From Candidatus Nomurabacteria bacterium CG1_02_43_90 (lineage in GTDB: Bacteria; Patescibacteriota; Minisyncoccia; Phycocordibacterales; UBA1550): a stretch of DNA of 50,542 nt. A program made the position numbers and the translations under genes. The stretch spans positions 1-50,542 of the forward strand of contig MNVN01000015.1 in NCBI GenBank assembly GCA_001871765.1, written 5' to 3'. The notes beneath the pieces were generated by a model, which did no database searches, was not told the DNA's origin, and saw only the letters and a program-made list of their open reading frames with translations. Of this stretch, positions 38,340 to 48,583 are shown piece by piece. The number at the start of each line of letters is the position of its first letter. Position 1 is the first letter of the stretch.

Positions 38340-38469
38340 AAAGACAAAAAGAAGAGATATTCTTCGTTTTGAGGAGTTATTATAGAGAAGCTCATGAATG
38401 CGGAATAAGCTATAAAAACTAGGCTTATTCCTAAGTACACAGAACGCTACATCTCTTATAAAGAATTAC

Positions 38470-38498
38470 TTGCATTTAAATTAAAAATAATATATAGT
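38470..38498 (+). promoter_or_regulatory. Promoter of the rpmJ-rpsM operon
   Basis: TTGCAT-17-TATAGT. Confidence 0.6.
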
Positions 38499-38621
38499 AG
38501 TCCTACTGTTTCAGGTTTTTAGTTCACATTATGCGTTGGTAGTGAAGTCGCTCTATCTTTGGCTGTTCTAAAAGCAGACATGGGTAGAGAGTTTTTATTA
38601 CGAGACGATAAAATATTTTGT

Positions 38622-38735
38622 ATGAAAGTACGAGCATCAGTAAAAAAAATTTGCGTAAAATGTAAGACGGTCAAACGAGGTGACCGTATTCGTGTTATCT
38701 GCGCAGATCCACGCCATAAACAGCGTCAGGGCTAA
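38622..38735 (+). CDS. rpmJ: 50S ribosomal protein L36 (zinc-binding type; not in ORF track)
   Basis: [37 protein letters not shown]. Confidence 0.97.
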   Translation: MKVRASVKKICVKCKTVKRGDRIRVICADPRHKQRQG

Positions 38736-38760
38736 ATAATTAAAATATCAAAAGATTTTT

Positions 38761-39141
38761 ATGCGTATCCTAGGAGTAACAATACCAGATGAAAAAAGAT
38801 TAGAGATCAGCTTGACCGCGGTATACGGTGTTGGCCGTCCCCGCGCAAAGGAAATTCTTGATTCTACAAAAATTGCCCACAGTGCCCGCGCAAAGGAACT
38901 TTCTCCTGAAGACGAGGCAAAAATTCGTAAAGAGATAGAAGGTCTTACTCTGGAGGGAGATCTCAAGCGTGAAGTTTCAATGAATATAAAGCGTTTGAAG
39001 GACATCAAGTCATATCGTGGTTCACGACATGCAAAGAAGCTCCCGGTTCGCGGACAGCGCACAAAAACAAACTCACGTACCGTGAGAGGAAACATGCGCA
39101 AGACAATGGGGTCAGGTCGTCGTAAAGCTGAAAAGAAATAA
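38761..39141 (+). CDS. rpsM: 30S ribosomal protein S13
   Basis: LTAVYGVGR, YRGSRH..LPVRGQRTKTNSRT. Confidence 0.97.
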   Translation: MRILGVTIPDEKRLEISLTAVYGVGRPRAKEILDSTKIAHSARAKELSPEDEAKIRKEIEGLTLEGDLKREVSMNIKRLKDIKSYRGSRHAKKLPVRGQRTKTNSRTVRGNMRKTMGSGRRKAEKK

Positions 39142-39150
39142 AAGATTTTT

Positions 39151-39585
39151 ATGGGTAAAAAACGAATTATTAAAAAAGAAGGACAAAGTATTGACCAGGG
39201 ATTGGTATCTCGCGCTCTTGCACGTACCGCAAAAAAGAAGCATGTTGACGGAACACTTTTTGTTCAATCAACCTACAATAATACAAAATTGCTCCTTACG
39301 GACAAGAAGGGTAATGCGCTTATTTGGTCATCATCTGGTTCCCTTGGTTTTAAAGGAGCAAAGAAGGGTACACCCTTTGCCGCAGCAAAGATTGGTGAAC
39401 TTGTTGGCGAAAAAGCTTCAATGATCGGTATAAAAGAAGTCGACGTTGTTGTTAAAGGTGTTGGTGCTGGTCGCGAGAGCTCAATCCGTGGTTTTAATTC
39501 AAAAGGCGTTGAAATAACAGGGATTCGGGATGTTACGCCGGTTCCACACAATGGACCAAAGCCACCAAAACCTCGAAGGATTTAG
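39151..39585 (+). CDS. rpsK: 30S ribosomal protein S11
   Basis: STYNNT, GFKGAKKGTPFAA, DVTPVPHNG. Confidence 0.97.
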   Translation: MGKKRIIKKEGQSIDQGLVSRALARTAKKKHVDGTLFVQSTYNNTKLLLTDKKGNALIWSSSGSLGFKGAKKGTPFAAAKIGELVGEKASMIGIKEVDVVVKGVGAGRESSIRGFNSKGVEITGIRDVTPVPHNGPKPPKPRRI

Positions 39586-39606
39586 AAATTAAGAACTCAA
39601 TATCAT

Positions 39607-40239
39607 ATGATTACTGATCAGAAATGTAAAAAATGTCGCCGTGCAGGTGAAAAACTCTTCCTTAAAGGGGAGCGTTGTTTTACGCCTAAGTGTGCTATGG
39701 AGCGTAAACCATACCCTCCTGGTAAACTTTTCTCCGAGAGAAAGCATCGCTCGTCGGTTACTGAGTATGGTACGCAATTGCGTGAAAAACAAAAGGTTCG
39801 CAATACTTACCGTGTAAGCGAGAAGCAGTTTTCAAACTACGTAAAAGAAGCTTCTGGTAAGCAAGGAGTGAATCCTTCAGAGTACCTCTTTGAGGTTCTT
39901 GAATCACGTTTGGACAGTGCTATCTATCGTGCAGGATTTGCAGGAGCTCGATCCCTTGCACGTCAAATGGTTTCTCACGGGCACATCACCGTTAATGGTC
40001 GACGTACTGATATTCCGTCTCGTCGACTAAAGATCGGTGACGTAATAGCCGTACGTACAGGAAGCTCCGATTCGAAACTTTTCGAGGGATTAGGAGACAA
40101 ACTCAAGGCACTCACCGTTCCAACATGGTTTAAATTGGATACCGAGAAGATTAGCGCAACTTTCCAAGGCAAACCAAAAGTTGGGCAAGGAGAATCATCG
40201 TTTAATCTTATTTCGGTTATTGAGTTCTATAGCCGTTAG
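39607..40239 (+). CDS. rpsD: 30S ribosomal protein S4
   Basis: CKKCRR..LFLKGERC, QLREKQK, LESRLD, ARQMVSHGHI, IEFYSR. Confidence 0.97.
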   Translation: MITDQKCKKCRRAGEKLFLKGERCFTPKCAMERKPYPPGKLFSERKHRSSVTEYGTQLREKQKVRNTYRVSEKQFSNYVKEASGKQGVNPSEYLFEVLESRLDSAIYRAGFAGARSLARQMVSHGHITVNGRRTDIPSRRLKIGDVIAVRTGSSDSKLFEGLGDKLKALTVPTWFKLDTEKISATFQGKPKVGQGESSFNLISVIEFYSR

Positions 40240-40285
40240 TAAGAAGGAGCTTCTGGAATTTAAAAATTTAAAAAAAGACAGCTGT

Positions 40286-40314
40286 TTGCATTTATCAAAG
40301 ATATAAGGTATAAT
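40286..40314 (+). promoter_or_regulatory. Internal promoter for rpoA
   Basis: TTGCAT-17-TATAAT. Confidence 0.6.
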
Positions 40315-40337
40315 TTTATCGTCTAATTTACATCACA

Positions 40338-41306
40338 ATGCTCGACTACAACATCACATTGCCATCAAAACCAAAAGTTCTTTCTGAGGACGGTTTTAAA
40401 GGAAGTTACGAAATCGACAGTCTTTATCCTGGGTACGGACATACTCTCGGTAACTCACTTCGTCGGATTATCCTCTCATCACTTTTTGGTGCTGCGATTA
40501 CGACCGTAAAAATAGAAGGTGCTTCACATGAATTTGCGACACTCGAAGGAATCAAAGAAGATGTTATTACCATCCTCCTTAGTTTAAAGAAAGTACGTTT
40601 TAAGCTTTCAACAATGGAACCACAGACAGTGATTCTTTCTGCAAAAGGAGCAAAGGAAGTAACCGCTGGAGACATCCAAGTTTCAGGACAAGTAGAGGTT
40701 TTGAATCCTGAACAGCACATTGCAACATTGACTGACAAAAATGCATCACTCAATATTGAAATTGTGGTAACAAAAGGTTTTGGTTACGTTGCAAAGGAAA
40801 ACCATCAAAAGGAAAAAGTTGATATTGGTACGATTGCCGTTGATGCGATTTTTACCCCTATTCGTCGGGTAAATTATGAAGTAGATAATATGCGCGTTGG
40901 GGACCGCACTGACTATAACCGTTTGTCAATTACTATTGAGACAGATGGGACGATTACGCCACGTCGCGCCCTCGAAGCATCTATTGAAATTATGGTGAAT
41001 CAACTTAAGTCAGTTATTGGCTTTGTTGAACAAGAAGAACTCGTTGCTGAAGAAGTTGCTACTGATTCAAAAGAAGCTCCTGCTAAAAAGGATTCTGCCG
41101 ATAATGAGTTCTTGAAAACACGCGTTGAGAATCTTGATCTCTCAACTCGTACAACAAATGCACTTTCAAACGCAAACATCCGTACTATTGGAGGCCTTGC
41201 ACGCAAGACAGAAGAAGACCTCCTTGAGATTGATGGTTTGGGAGATAAAGGTATCCAGGAAATCAAACGAGCTCTCGGTGTACACAGCATTACTTTGAAG
41301 GATTAA
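40338..41306 (+). CDS. rpoA: RNA polymerase alpha subunit
   Basis: GYGHTLGNSLRRIILSS, DAIFTPIRRV, LSTRTTNAL alpha-CTD. Confidence 0.97.
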   Translation: MLDYNITLPSKPKVLSEDGFKGSYEIDSLYPGYGHTLGNSLRRIILSSLFGAAITTVKIEGASHEFATLEGIKEDVITILLSLKKVRFKLSTMEPQTVILSAKGAKEVTAGDIQVSGQVEVLNPEQHIATLTDKNASLNIEIVVTKGFGYVAKENHQKEKVDIGTIAVDAIFTPIRRVNYEVDNMRVGDRTDYNRLSITIETDGTITPRRALEASIEIMVNQLKSVIGFVEQEELVAEEVATDSKEAPAKKDSADNEFLKTRVENLDLSTRTTNALSNANIRTIGGLARKTEEDLLEIDGLGDKGIQEIKRALGVHSITLKD

Positions 41307-41326
41307 ATTAACACCCGCGAAATACT

Positions 41327-41686
41327 ATGAAACATCACAAGTCGATTCGAAAATTTGGACGAGACCATGCAGGACGCATTGCGTTGCTACGCTCCCTTGC
41401 TTTAGCGCTTATTGAGCGTGAACATATCCAGACTACTGAGGCGCGCGCAAAAGAACTCCGACCATTTATTGAGAAACTTGTAACGCATGGAAGGAGTGCA
41501 GAGCTTGCTTCTCGCCGTCTTATTATTTCACGTTTGGGTGGCGTAGATGGAGAAAGTGGTGCAAAAAAGATTATCGATGAAATCGCTCCTCGCTACAAAG
41601 AACGTGCGGGCGGGTATACTCGTGTAATCAAATTGCCACGTCGCCAAGGGGATGCCAGCAAAATGGCTATTATTGAATTCGTCTAA
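41327..41686 (+). CDS. rplQ: 50S ribosomal protein L17
   Basis: IQTTEARAKELR, RAGGYTRVIK. Confidence 0.97.
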   Translation: MKHHKSIRKFGRDHAGRIALLRSLALALIEREHIQTTEARAKELRPFIEKLVTHGRSAELASRRLIISRLGGVDGESGAKKIIDEIAPRYKERAGGYTRVIKLPRRQGDASKMAIIEFV

Positions 41687-41712
41687 GACAACGAGATTAT
41701 TAAATTACTATC

Positions 41713-42057
41713 ATGACATACAAAATTGACGCAAAAGGAAAATCTGTAGGACGAGTTGCCACTGAGGCAGCGAGCGTTCTTATGGGTAAAAATTCACCTG
41801 CATTTCAAAAACATCTGGCTGCTGACGTTGAAGTAGTCATTGAAAATGCTTCAAAGGCATCTATTGCCCCAAGTAAACTTGGAGAAGTACACATGAAATC
41901 ATATTCTGGTTACCCTGGAGGACTTAAGGAACGCACCGTTTCTCAAACTATTGAGAAAAAGGGATTTGGTGAAGTATTCGTGCATGCGATTTCTCGCATG
42001 ATTCCCCGCAATCGCCTTCACAAAGTGCGTATGAAAAATTTAACTGTTACTGAATAA
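41713..42057 (+). CDS. rplM: 50S ribosomal protein L13 (short)
   Basis: IDAKGKSVGRVA..LMGK, YSGYPGGLK, RMIPRNRL. Confidence 0.95.
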   Translation: MTYKIDAKGKSVGRVATEAASVLMGKNSPAFQKHLAADVEVVIENASKASIAPSKLGEVHMKSYSGYPGGLKERTVSQTIEKKGFGEVFVHAISRMIPRNRLHKVRMKNLTVTE

Positions 42058-42058
42058 T

Positions 42059-42526
42059 ATGACGACTAAAGAAATTACAACAAAAGAAGAAGAAATCACT
42101 GTTACGGAAAAGACTCCCGCAGTGAAAAAAACCGCAGCTCGTTATATCGAAGCAGTAGGTCGTCGTAAGACTTCAACCGCACGTGTACGAATCACGGAAG
42201 CTTCAAAAGGATCTTTGGTTATTAACGGTAAAGACCTCGCTACGTATTTTCCTACTCTTGAATTACAAAAAATAGTAAACGAAGCAATAGAGAAATCAAA
42301 AGTCGCAGGCAAGTTTATGGTTACGGTTGTCGTGCGCGGAGGAGGTATCCACTCACAAGCAGAGGCTCTTCGTCACGGACTTTCTCGAACTCTCGTGAAA
42401 TTTGATGAGGAAATTAGAAAACCTTTAAAGAAACTTGGTTTTCTTAAACGTGACCCTCGCATGAAAGAACGTCGTAAATTCGGACTCAAGAAAGCACGTA
42501 AGGCTCCACAGTGGAGTAAGCGTTAA
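42059..42526 (+). CDS. rpsI: 30S ribosomal protein S9
   Basis: GRRKTSTARV, GGGIHSQAEALRHG, ERRKFGLKKARKAPQWSKR. Confidence 0.97.
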   Translation: MTTKEITTKEEEITVTEKTPAVKKTAARYIEAVGRRKTSTARVRITEASKGSLVINGKDLATYFPTLELQKIVNEAIEKSKVAGKFMVTVVVRGGGIHSQAEALRHGLSRTLVKFDEEIRKPLKKLGFLKRDPRMKERRKFGLKKARKAPQWSKR

Positions 42527-42552
42527 AGTTGGTATCGATATTCTCGCAAAAT

Positions 42553-42586
42553 GGAGGTCATTACAAAAAGTAATTTCCTCCCTTTT
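42553..42586 (+). terminator. Terminator of the ribosomal protein operon
   Basis: GGAGG..ATTAC-aaaaa-GTAAT..CCTCC then CTTTT. Confidence 0.55.
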
Positions 42587-42612
42587 GTTTAATATGTTAA
42601 AATAGGTATCTC

Positions 42613-43281
42613 ATGACACAAAAAAAAGACATAAAAGATGGGGAAAATTTAGAAGAAATTATGGATAGCGAACAGGGAGCGAACTCTCTTGACAGTACCT
42701 CTGGTGATGTATATGATGGTTTCGTTCCGTCAGAAAAAGATATGAAAGATGAAGAAATTCAATTTGAAAATGAAGACGAATTAGAAAGCCCTGCCTTAGT
42801 ATTGAAGAAAATACGTGGAAAACTGCATCTTTGCGAAAAGGAGAAGAAGGAGTATCTTGATGGATGGCAACGAATGCGTGCAGACTTTGCAAATGTGCGA
42901 AAAGAAGAAGAAACACGTCGTGGTGAGATGATAAAATTTGCATCAGAAGGTCTCGTTGAAGATCTGCTCCCTGTACTCGATAGTTTTTCTATGGCATTTG
43001 CAAATAAGGATGCCTGGGAGAAAGTTGATGAGAATTGGCGGAAAGGAGTTGAGTATATCTATGCTCAAATATATTCAATCCTTGAGTCGCGCGGGCTTAC
43101 AGAGATAGGGAAGATAGGAGAACCCGTAGACCCACGCCTCCACGTCACGATGGCAGAAGTATGTACTTCTTCAGAAGAACAAGTACATACAATTGCAGAA
43201 GTAATACAAAAAGGGTATCATTTACACAGTAAGGTTATTCGTCCCGCAAAGGTAAATGTATTTGCAAAAACAGAGGCTTAA
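42613..43281 (+). CDS. grpE: Nucleotide exchange factor GrpE
   Basis: QRMRADFANVRK, LLPVLDSF, DPRLH, QKGY..VIRPAKV. Confidence 0.95.
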   Translation: MTQKKDIKDGENLEEIMDSEQGANSLDSTSGDVYDGFVPSEKDMKDEEIQFENEDELESPALVLKKIRGKLHLCEKEKKEYLDGWQRMRADFANVRKEEETRRGEMIKFASEGLVEDLLPVLDSFSMAFANKDAWEKVDENWRKGVEYIYAQIYSILESRGLTEIGKIGEPVDPRLHVTMAEVCTSSEEQVHTIAEVIQKGYHLHSKVIRPAKVNVFAKTEA

Positions 43282-43391
43282 GCCCTCCTTCGAGGGTCTA
43301 CACCCAAGATGCGGATCAACTAATTCGGAGATAGTTGATTCAAAAGTCGAATCTTATTTTAATAATCGCATTTAATATAATCACAATATAT

Positions 43392-45293
43392 ATGGCAAAA
43401 ATTTTAGGTATTGATTTAGGAACAACAAATAGCGCTGTCGCTATTATTGAAGGAGGCGAACCGCGTATTGTAGAAAATATTGAAGGTGTGCGCACTACTC
43501 CTTCGATTATTGCGCTCTCAAAGAGCGGAGAACGGTTGGTAGGGTTGTTGGCAAAACGACAGGCGGTAACAAACCCTCAGAATACACTTTTTGGGATTAA
43601 GCGTATGATCGGGCATACCTTTGAGGATGAAGGGGTACAGCGAGACAAGAAGACCGTTCCTTTTGGGATAGAAAAGTCACCTACCGGTGGCGTGATGGTA
43701 AAAATGGGGGATCGTCAGTATCGCCCTGAAGAGATTTCTGCAATGGTACTTCAGAAATTGAAGGCAGATGCAGAAGCAAAACTTGGTGAGAAAATAACAG
43801 AGGCGGTAATTACCGTCCCTGCATACTTCAATGATTCACAGCGTCAGGCAACGAAAGACGCAGGACAGATTGCTGGATTTGACGTAAAACGTATCATTAA
43901 TGAACCAACTGCGGCGGCACTTGCGTACGGTTTTAATAAAAAGAAAGACGAGAAGATCGTCGTGTATGATTTTGGGGGTGGTACTTTTGATGTGTCGGTA
44001 CTCGAGGTAGGTGGCGACGTTATTGAGGTGAAGTCTACGGACGGTGACGTGCACATGGGTGGTGAGGATATTGACCAAAAGATTATTCGCCATATCGCAA
44101 GCGAATTCAAAAAGGAATCAGGAATTGATGTTTCGAATGACATTATGGCCCTTCAGCGACTGAAGGAGGCCGCAGAAAAAGCGAAACATGAGCTTTCGAC
44201 GACTCTAGAGTCAGAGATTAATATACCGTTCATTACCTCAGGTGCTGATGGTCCAAAACATTTACTCTTGAAGCTTTCCCGTGCAACACTCGAGGATCTT
44301 GCTCGTGAATATATTGATAAATCAATCGAAATTACAAAGCGTGCCATCGCTGCTTCTCCTTTCAAAAAAGAAGATATCAATGAAATCATTATGGTTGGTG
44401 GGCAGACACGTATGCCGGCAATTATTAATGCAGTAAAAGAACTCTTTGGGAAAGAACCAAATCGTTCTATTAACCCTGACGAAGTAGTTGCTATTGGGGC
44501 TGCTATTCAGGCAGGTATTCTGCAAGGTGACGTAAAAGATGTCTTGCTCCTCGACGTTATTCCTCTTTCTTTAGGAATTGAAACATTTGGAAATGTAGCA
44601 ACAAAACTTATTGAAAAGAATACGACGATTCCTGCTTCACGCTCACAAGTGTTTTCGACTGCAGCAGATAATCAAACATCAGTAGAGATACACGTAGTAC
44701 AAGGTGAACGCCCTATGGCCCCAGACAACAAGTCTCTTGGACGTTTCATACTCGATGGTATTCCACCAGCACATCGTGGCGTTCCTCAAGTGGAGGTAAG
44801 TTTTGATGTTGATGCGAATGGTATTTTGCAGGTAAAAGCAAAAGAAAAAACAACAGGGAAAGAACAATCGATTCGCATTGAGGCAAGCTCAGGACTTTCC
44901 AAGGATGATATCGCACGCATGCAAAAAGAAGCAGAGATGAATGCAGAAGAAGATGCAAAGAAACGTGATAGCGCAGAATCAAAAAATGTTCTTGAACAAA
45001 TGATCTATACCGCAGAGAAGGCACTTCGTGACAATGGAGATAAAATTTCCCCTGAAATCAAGACTGCCGTAGAAGAAAAAATTGCCACAGCTAAGACTGC
45101 AAGCTCTGGTACCGATACTGAAGCAATGAAAAAGTCAGCGACGGATCTCTCGGAAGAAGTTTCAAAAATAGGTGAAGCAATGATGAAAGACTCAGAAGCG
45201 ACAAAGAATGAAAGTACTCAGCCTGCCGAAGAAAAGGGAGCAGAGGGTGAGGGTACGGTGCATGATGCTGAGTATAAAGAAGAAGGGAAGTAG
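43392..45293 (+). CDS. dnaK: Chaperone DnaK
   Basis: [37 protein letters not shown]; start at MAKIL. Confidence 0.98.
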   Translation: MAKILGIDLGTTNSAVAIIEGGEPRIVENIEGVRTTPSIIALSKSGERLVGLLAKRQAVTNPQNTLFGIKRMIGHTFEDEGVQRDKKTVPFGIEKSPTGGVMVKMGDRQYRPEEISAMVLQKLKADAEAKLGEKITEAVITVPAYFNDSQRQATKDAGQIAGFDVKRIINEPTAAALAYGFNKKKDEKIVVYDFGGGTFDVSVLEVGGDVIEVKSTDGDVHMGGEDIDQKIIRHIASEFKKESGIDVSNDIMALQRLKEAAEKAKHELSTTLESEINIPFITSGADGPKHLLLKLSRATLEDLAREYIDKSIEITKRAIAASPFKKEDINEIIMVGGQTRMPAIINAVKELFGKEPNRSINPDEVVAIGAAIQAGILQGDVKDVLLLDVIPLSLGIETFGNVATKLIEKNTTIPASRSQVFSTAADNQTSVEIHVVQGERPMAPDNKSLGRFILDGIPPAHRGVPQVEVSFDVDANGILQVKAKEKTTGKEQSIRIEASSGLSKDDIARMQKEAEMNAEEDAKKRDSAESKNVLEQMIYTAEKALRDNGDKISPEIKTAVEEKIATAKTASSGTDTEAMKKSATDLSEEVSKIGEAMMKDSEATKNESTQPAEEKGAEGEGTVHDAEYKEEGK

Positions 45294-45359
45294 GATGTTT
45301 TAAGAAAAGGCGGTCATAGGTTTGCTACCCGCGCCTTTCTGGTATAATGGCACAATCAA

Positions 45360-46439
45360 ATGGCAAAAGATTATTATAAAATTCTTGGCGTAGACAAAAA
45401 GGCATCTCAAGACGAAATTAAAAAAGCGTTTCGTAAACTTGCACACCAGCATCATCCTGATAAAGGGGGTGATGAAAATAAATTTAAAGAAGTGAGTGAA
45501 GCATACCAGGTTCTTTCTGATGAAAAAAAACGCAACGAATATGATACCTATGGTTCAGCGGGTCCTGGGCAGGGTTTTAGTGGTGGACAAGGAGGGTTTG
45601 ACTACTCAGGGTTCGGAGGATTTCAAGGAGGGCAAGGGTTCGAAGGTGTTGATCTTAACGATATTTTCGGTGATATTTTCGGTGGAGGGTTTTCTGGTAG
45701 GGGAAGACCTCAATCACGACGAGGCCGCGATATTTCGGTAGACCTTGAGCTTTTATTTTCAGAGAGCATTTTCGGAGTTGAAAGAAAGGTAAAAATTACA
45801 AAAACTTCCTCATGTGATGCATGCAAGGGTACAGGAGCAAAACAGGGAACTACAATGAAGACGTGTGTTGAGTGTAAAGGGCAAGGAAGTATCGAGGAGA
45901 TGAAACATTCTTTTCTCGGTACAATTTCTCAGGTACGCGAGTGTTCTGCGTGCGCAGGTGCAGGTAAAGTCCCTGAAGAAAAATGCCCAACCTGTAAAGG
46001 GCAAGGCGTGGTGCGCAAACAGGAAGATATTACAATTCGTGTTCCTGCGGGCATTCAACAGGGCGAAATGGTACGTTTGACGGGAGCAGGAGAGGCTGTG
46101 CAAAATGGTGCCACCGGAGATCTCTATGTGCGTATCTACGTTGCTCCTCATAAAGTTTTCTCTCGCGAAGGAGTTAACCTTATTGCAAACCTCCATGTGA
46201 GGTTTACTGATGCAATTCTTGGCGCAGAATACCCCTTTGAGACCTTGGATGGTGGCATCCAGGTAAAAGTTCCAAAAGGGGTTTCTACGGGGGAGATTTT
46301 GCGTATTCGAGAGAAAGGAGTTCCTTTGGATGGAAAAAAGAGAGGTGATTTGTTACTTCGTGTAGAAATAAAAACCCCGACAAAGCTTTCAGGAAAGGCA
46401 GAGAAGTTATTAAAAGAGTTGCATGAAGAGGGAATCTAA
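45360..46439 (+). CDS. dnaJ: Chaperone DnaJ
   Basis: J domain with HPD, G/F region, four CxxCxGxG repeats. Confidence 0.97.
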   Translation: MAKDYYKILGVDKKASQDEIKKAFRKLAHQHHPDKGGDENKFKEVSEAYQVLSDEKKRNEYDTYGSAGPGQGFSGGQGGFDYSGFGGFQGGQGFEGVDLNDIFGDIFGGGFSGRGRPQSRRGRDISVDLELLFSESIFGVERKVKITKTSSCDACKGTGAKQGTTMKTCVECKGQGSIEEMKHSFLGTISQVRECSACAGAGKVPEEKCPTCKGQGVVRKQEDITIRVPAGIQQGEMVRLTGAGEAVQNGATGDLYVRIYVAPHKVFSREGVNLIANLHVRFTDAILGAEYPFETLDGGIQVKVPKGVSTGEILRIREKGVPLDGKKRGDLLLRVEIKTPTKLSGKAEKLLKELHEEGI

Positions 46440-46446
46440 AAGTTAT

Positions 46447-47160
46447 ATGAATTTGTTTTCTTTTATACCATTTATTTTGCAGACTGTTATGTGGGTTATT
46501 GTGCGACCAGCATTAGTGTTTTTTGCGTGCACTCGTGTTCAAGGAAGAGGGAATATACCAAGAATACAAGGAGGGGTAATCCTTGCCGTCAATCATTTAA
46601 GCGACTTTGACTCAATCCTGATACCCTCTACGTTAGGCCCTTTTTCATGGATGATGCCTGTTTTTTCAGCATCCCTTGAGAAATCTTTTTACCAAGATAC
46701 CCCATTCGGTCCTCGACCGTGGTTCATTCGTTTTTTTTATGGCGGGTTTTTTTTTAAGATGTTGGGTGCTTACCCTGTTTTGATTGGTACAAAAGGAGAT
46801 TATGAACATTCGTTAGAGATCCATATCAGGCTCCTTGAGAGAGGTGAAACCGTGGGTATTTTCCCCGAAGGGAGACGAAATAAAGATGGAGAAGTTGGGG
46901 AAGGGAAACCAGGGGTTGCGTATTTAGTATGGCGTACAGGATGCCCGGTGGTCCCCGTTGCAATTCATGGACATTATAAAATGCGCCCACGTGATTTTTT
47001 TGCGCGCAAACATTCGATTACCGTATCTTATGGCAAACCAATCACCCGAGCAGAACTTTTTGGTAAAAAATTTGAAACGATACAACCTTCACGCGAAGAT
47101 CTAAAAGATGCAACGCAAATCATCATGTCGCACATTCGGAAGATGTATAAGAGGAGTTAG
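46447..47160 (+). CDS. Lysophospholipid acyltransferase (PlsC-like)
   Basis: NHLSDFD (HX4D), GIFPEGRR, PVVPVAI. Confidence 0.88.
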   Translation: MNLFSFIPFILQTVMWVIVRPALVFFACTRVQGRGNIPRIQGGVILAVNHLSDFDSILIPSTLGPFSWMMPVFSASLEKSFYQDTPFGPRPWFIRFFYGGFFFKMLGAYPVLIGTKGDYEHSLEIHIRLLERGETVGIFPEGRRNKDGEVGEGKPGVAYLVWRTGCPVVPVAIHGHYKMRPRDFFARKHSITVSYGKPITRAELFGKKFETIQPSREDLKDATQIIMSHIRKMYKRS

Positions 47161-47232
47161 AGAATAAATGAAAGTTCAGGGTACGCATTTCTCTTTCTCT
47201 ATCTTTCTGTGGTAAAATATAAAAGATAAAAA

Positions 47233-47925
47233 ATGAAAATAAGTTTTCTGAACAAAATATTAGCGACGGACAATATTTTTATTGATACTACGTATTTTTT
47301 AATTCGTTTTTTTCTTGGTCCTATTGTTCGTTTAATTTGGGTAAAAAAAATTACTGGTTTTAAAAATATACCCAAAGAAGGTCCTGTTATCGTTGCTTTT
47401 AATCACCAAAGTTACTTCGATTTTATATGTTTTATCGCAGTGTCTCCGCGTAATATACACTATCTATCAGCTGAAAAATTTTTTGATAATGCACTTTGGA
47501 GGTTTGCCTTAAGTGTCACGGGACAAATACCTGTATACAGAAAATCAAAAGATAAGAGAGTTCTTCATCGCATGGTATATGACCATCTTGATCAAAATAA
47601 GATGATAGGGATATTCCCCGAAGGAACGAGGGCACCAGATTCATCGATAATGTTACGCGCCTATCCTGGAGTCGCTATGTATGCAATAAAAAAGAGAGTT
47701 CCTATTGTTCCCGTAGGGATTACTGGGGCATTTGAGGTGCTGTCTCGTCATGAAAATTTTCCAAAATTAAAAAAGATAGTAACTATTAATATTGGTAATC
47801 CTGTTTATTTTAAAGAATATCACTCTGTTAAATTAAATCGACGAGCACACGGTATCCTTGCAGATAAAATTATGATTGAAATATCAAAATTATCAGGAAA
47901 AATTTACCCATTTCACAATGCATAA
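47233..47925 (+). CDS. Lysophospholipid acyltransferase (PlsC-like), second copy
   Basis: NHQSYFD, GIFPEGTR, PIVPVGI. Confidence 0.9.
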   Translation: MKISFLNKILATDNIFIDTTYFLIRFFLGPIVRLIWVKKITGFKNIPKEGPVIVAFNHQSYFDFICFIAVSPRNIHYLSAEKFFDNALWRFALSVTGQIPVYRKSKDKRVLHRMVYDHLDQNKMIGIFPEGTRAPDSSIMLRAYPGVAMYAIKKRVPIVPVGITGAFEVLSRHENFPKLKKIVTINIGNPVYFKEYHSVKLNRRAHGILADKIMIEISKLSGKIYPFHNA

Positions 47926-48583
47926 ACAAGAATCAGTATTTTTTGATATCGACGATACTCTTATAAGGGGGCAAAGTCAGAAATTTTTTATGAGTTTTCT
48001 TTATCGCGAGGAATATGTTTCTTTTTTCTTTTATATTCGATTGATTGCATGGTTCCTTTTGTATCAACTCCGTATAATAAAGGACCCAGGAATTATTACG
48101 CGTTACGCTTTTAGCTTCCTTAAGAATATGCCAAGAAATGAACTCATAAGACTCGTAGACACATTCTTTAATGAAGTGCTTATTCATAAATTTCACAAAG
48201 AAGCGCTTCCACTTATTGCAGAACATAAAAGGCGAGGAAGAAAGATTTTTCTTGTTTCAAATGCTTTTGATTCAATTGTTAGTAAGATTGCATGTTTTGT
48301 TGATGCAGATGGTTTTATCTCAACGCAATTAGAAGAAAAAGAAGGTGTACTTACTGGACAAATAAATGGCACCATAAATTATGATGAAGAGAAGGTTAAG
48401 AGGGTGCTTTCTTTTTGTTATGATAATGATATATCTCTAGAAAATTCATGGGGATATGCAGATCACATTAGCGATATAGCTTTTTTGAAATTATTTAAAA
48501 ATTCTATCGTAGTAAATCCAGATAGTGTATTTAAAAAAGAAGCTACAATCTTAGGTTTTAAGATTCTTAAATTTAAAAAATGA
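47918..48583 (+). CDS. HAD-IB family hydrolase (SerB/PGP-phosphatase-like)
   Basis: FFDIDDTL, LVSNA, EKV, GYADHISD..VVNPD. Confidence 0.88.
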   Translation: MHKQESVFFDIDDTLIRGQSQKFFMSFLYREEYVSFFFYIRLIAWFLLYQLRIIKDPGIITRYAFSFLKNMPRNELIRLVDTFFNEVLIHKFHKEALPLIAEHKRRGRKIFLVSNAFDSIVSKIACFVDADGFISTQLEEKEGVLTGQINGTINYDEEKVKRVLSFCYDNDISLENSWGYADHISDIAFLKLFKNSIVVNPDSVFKKEATILGFKILKFKK

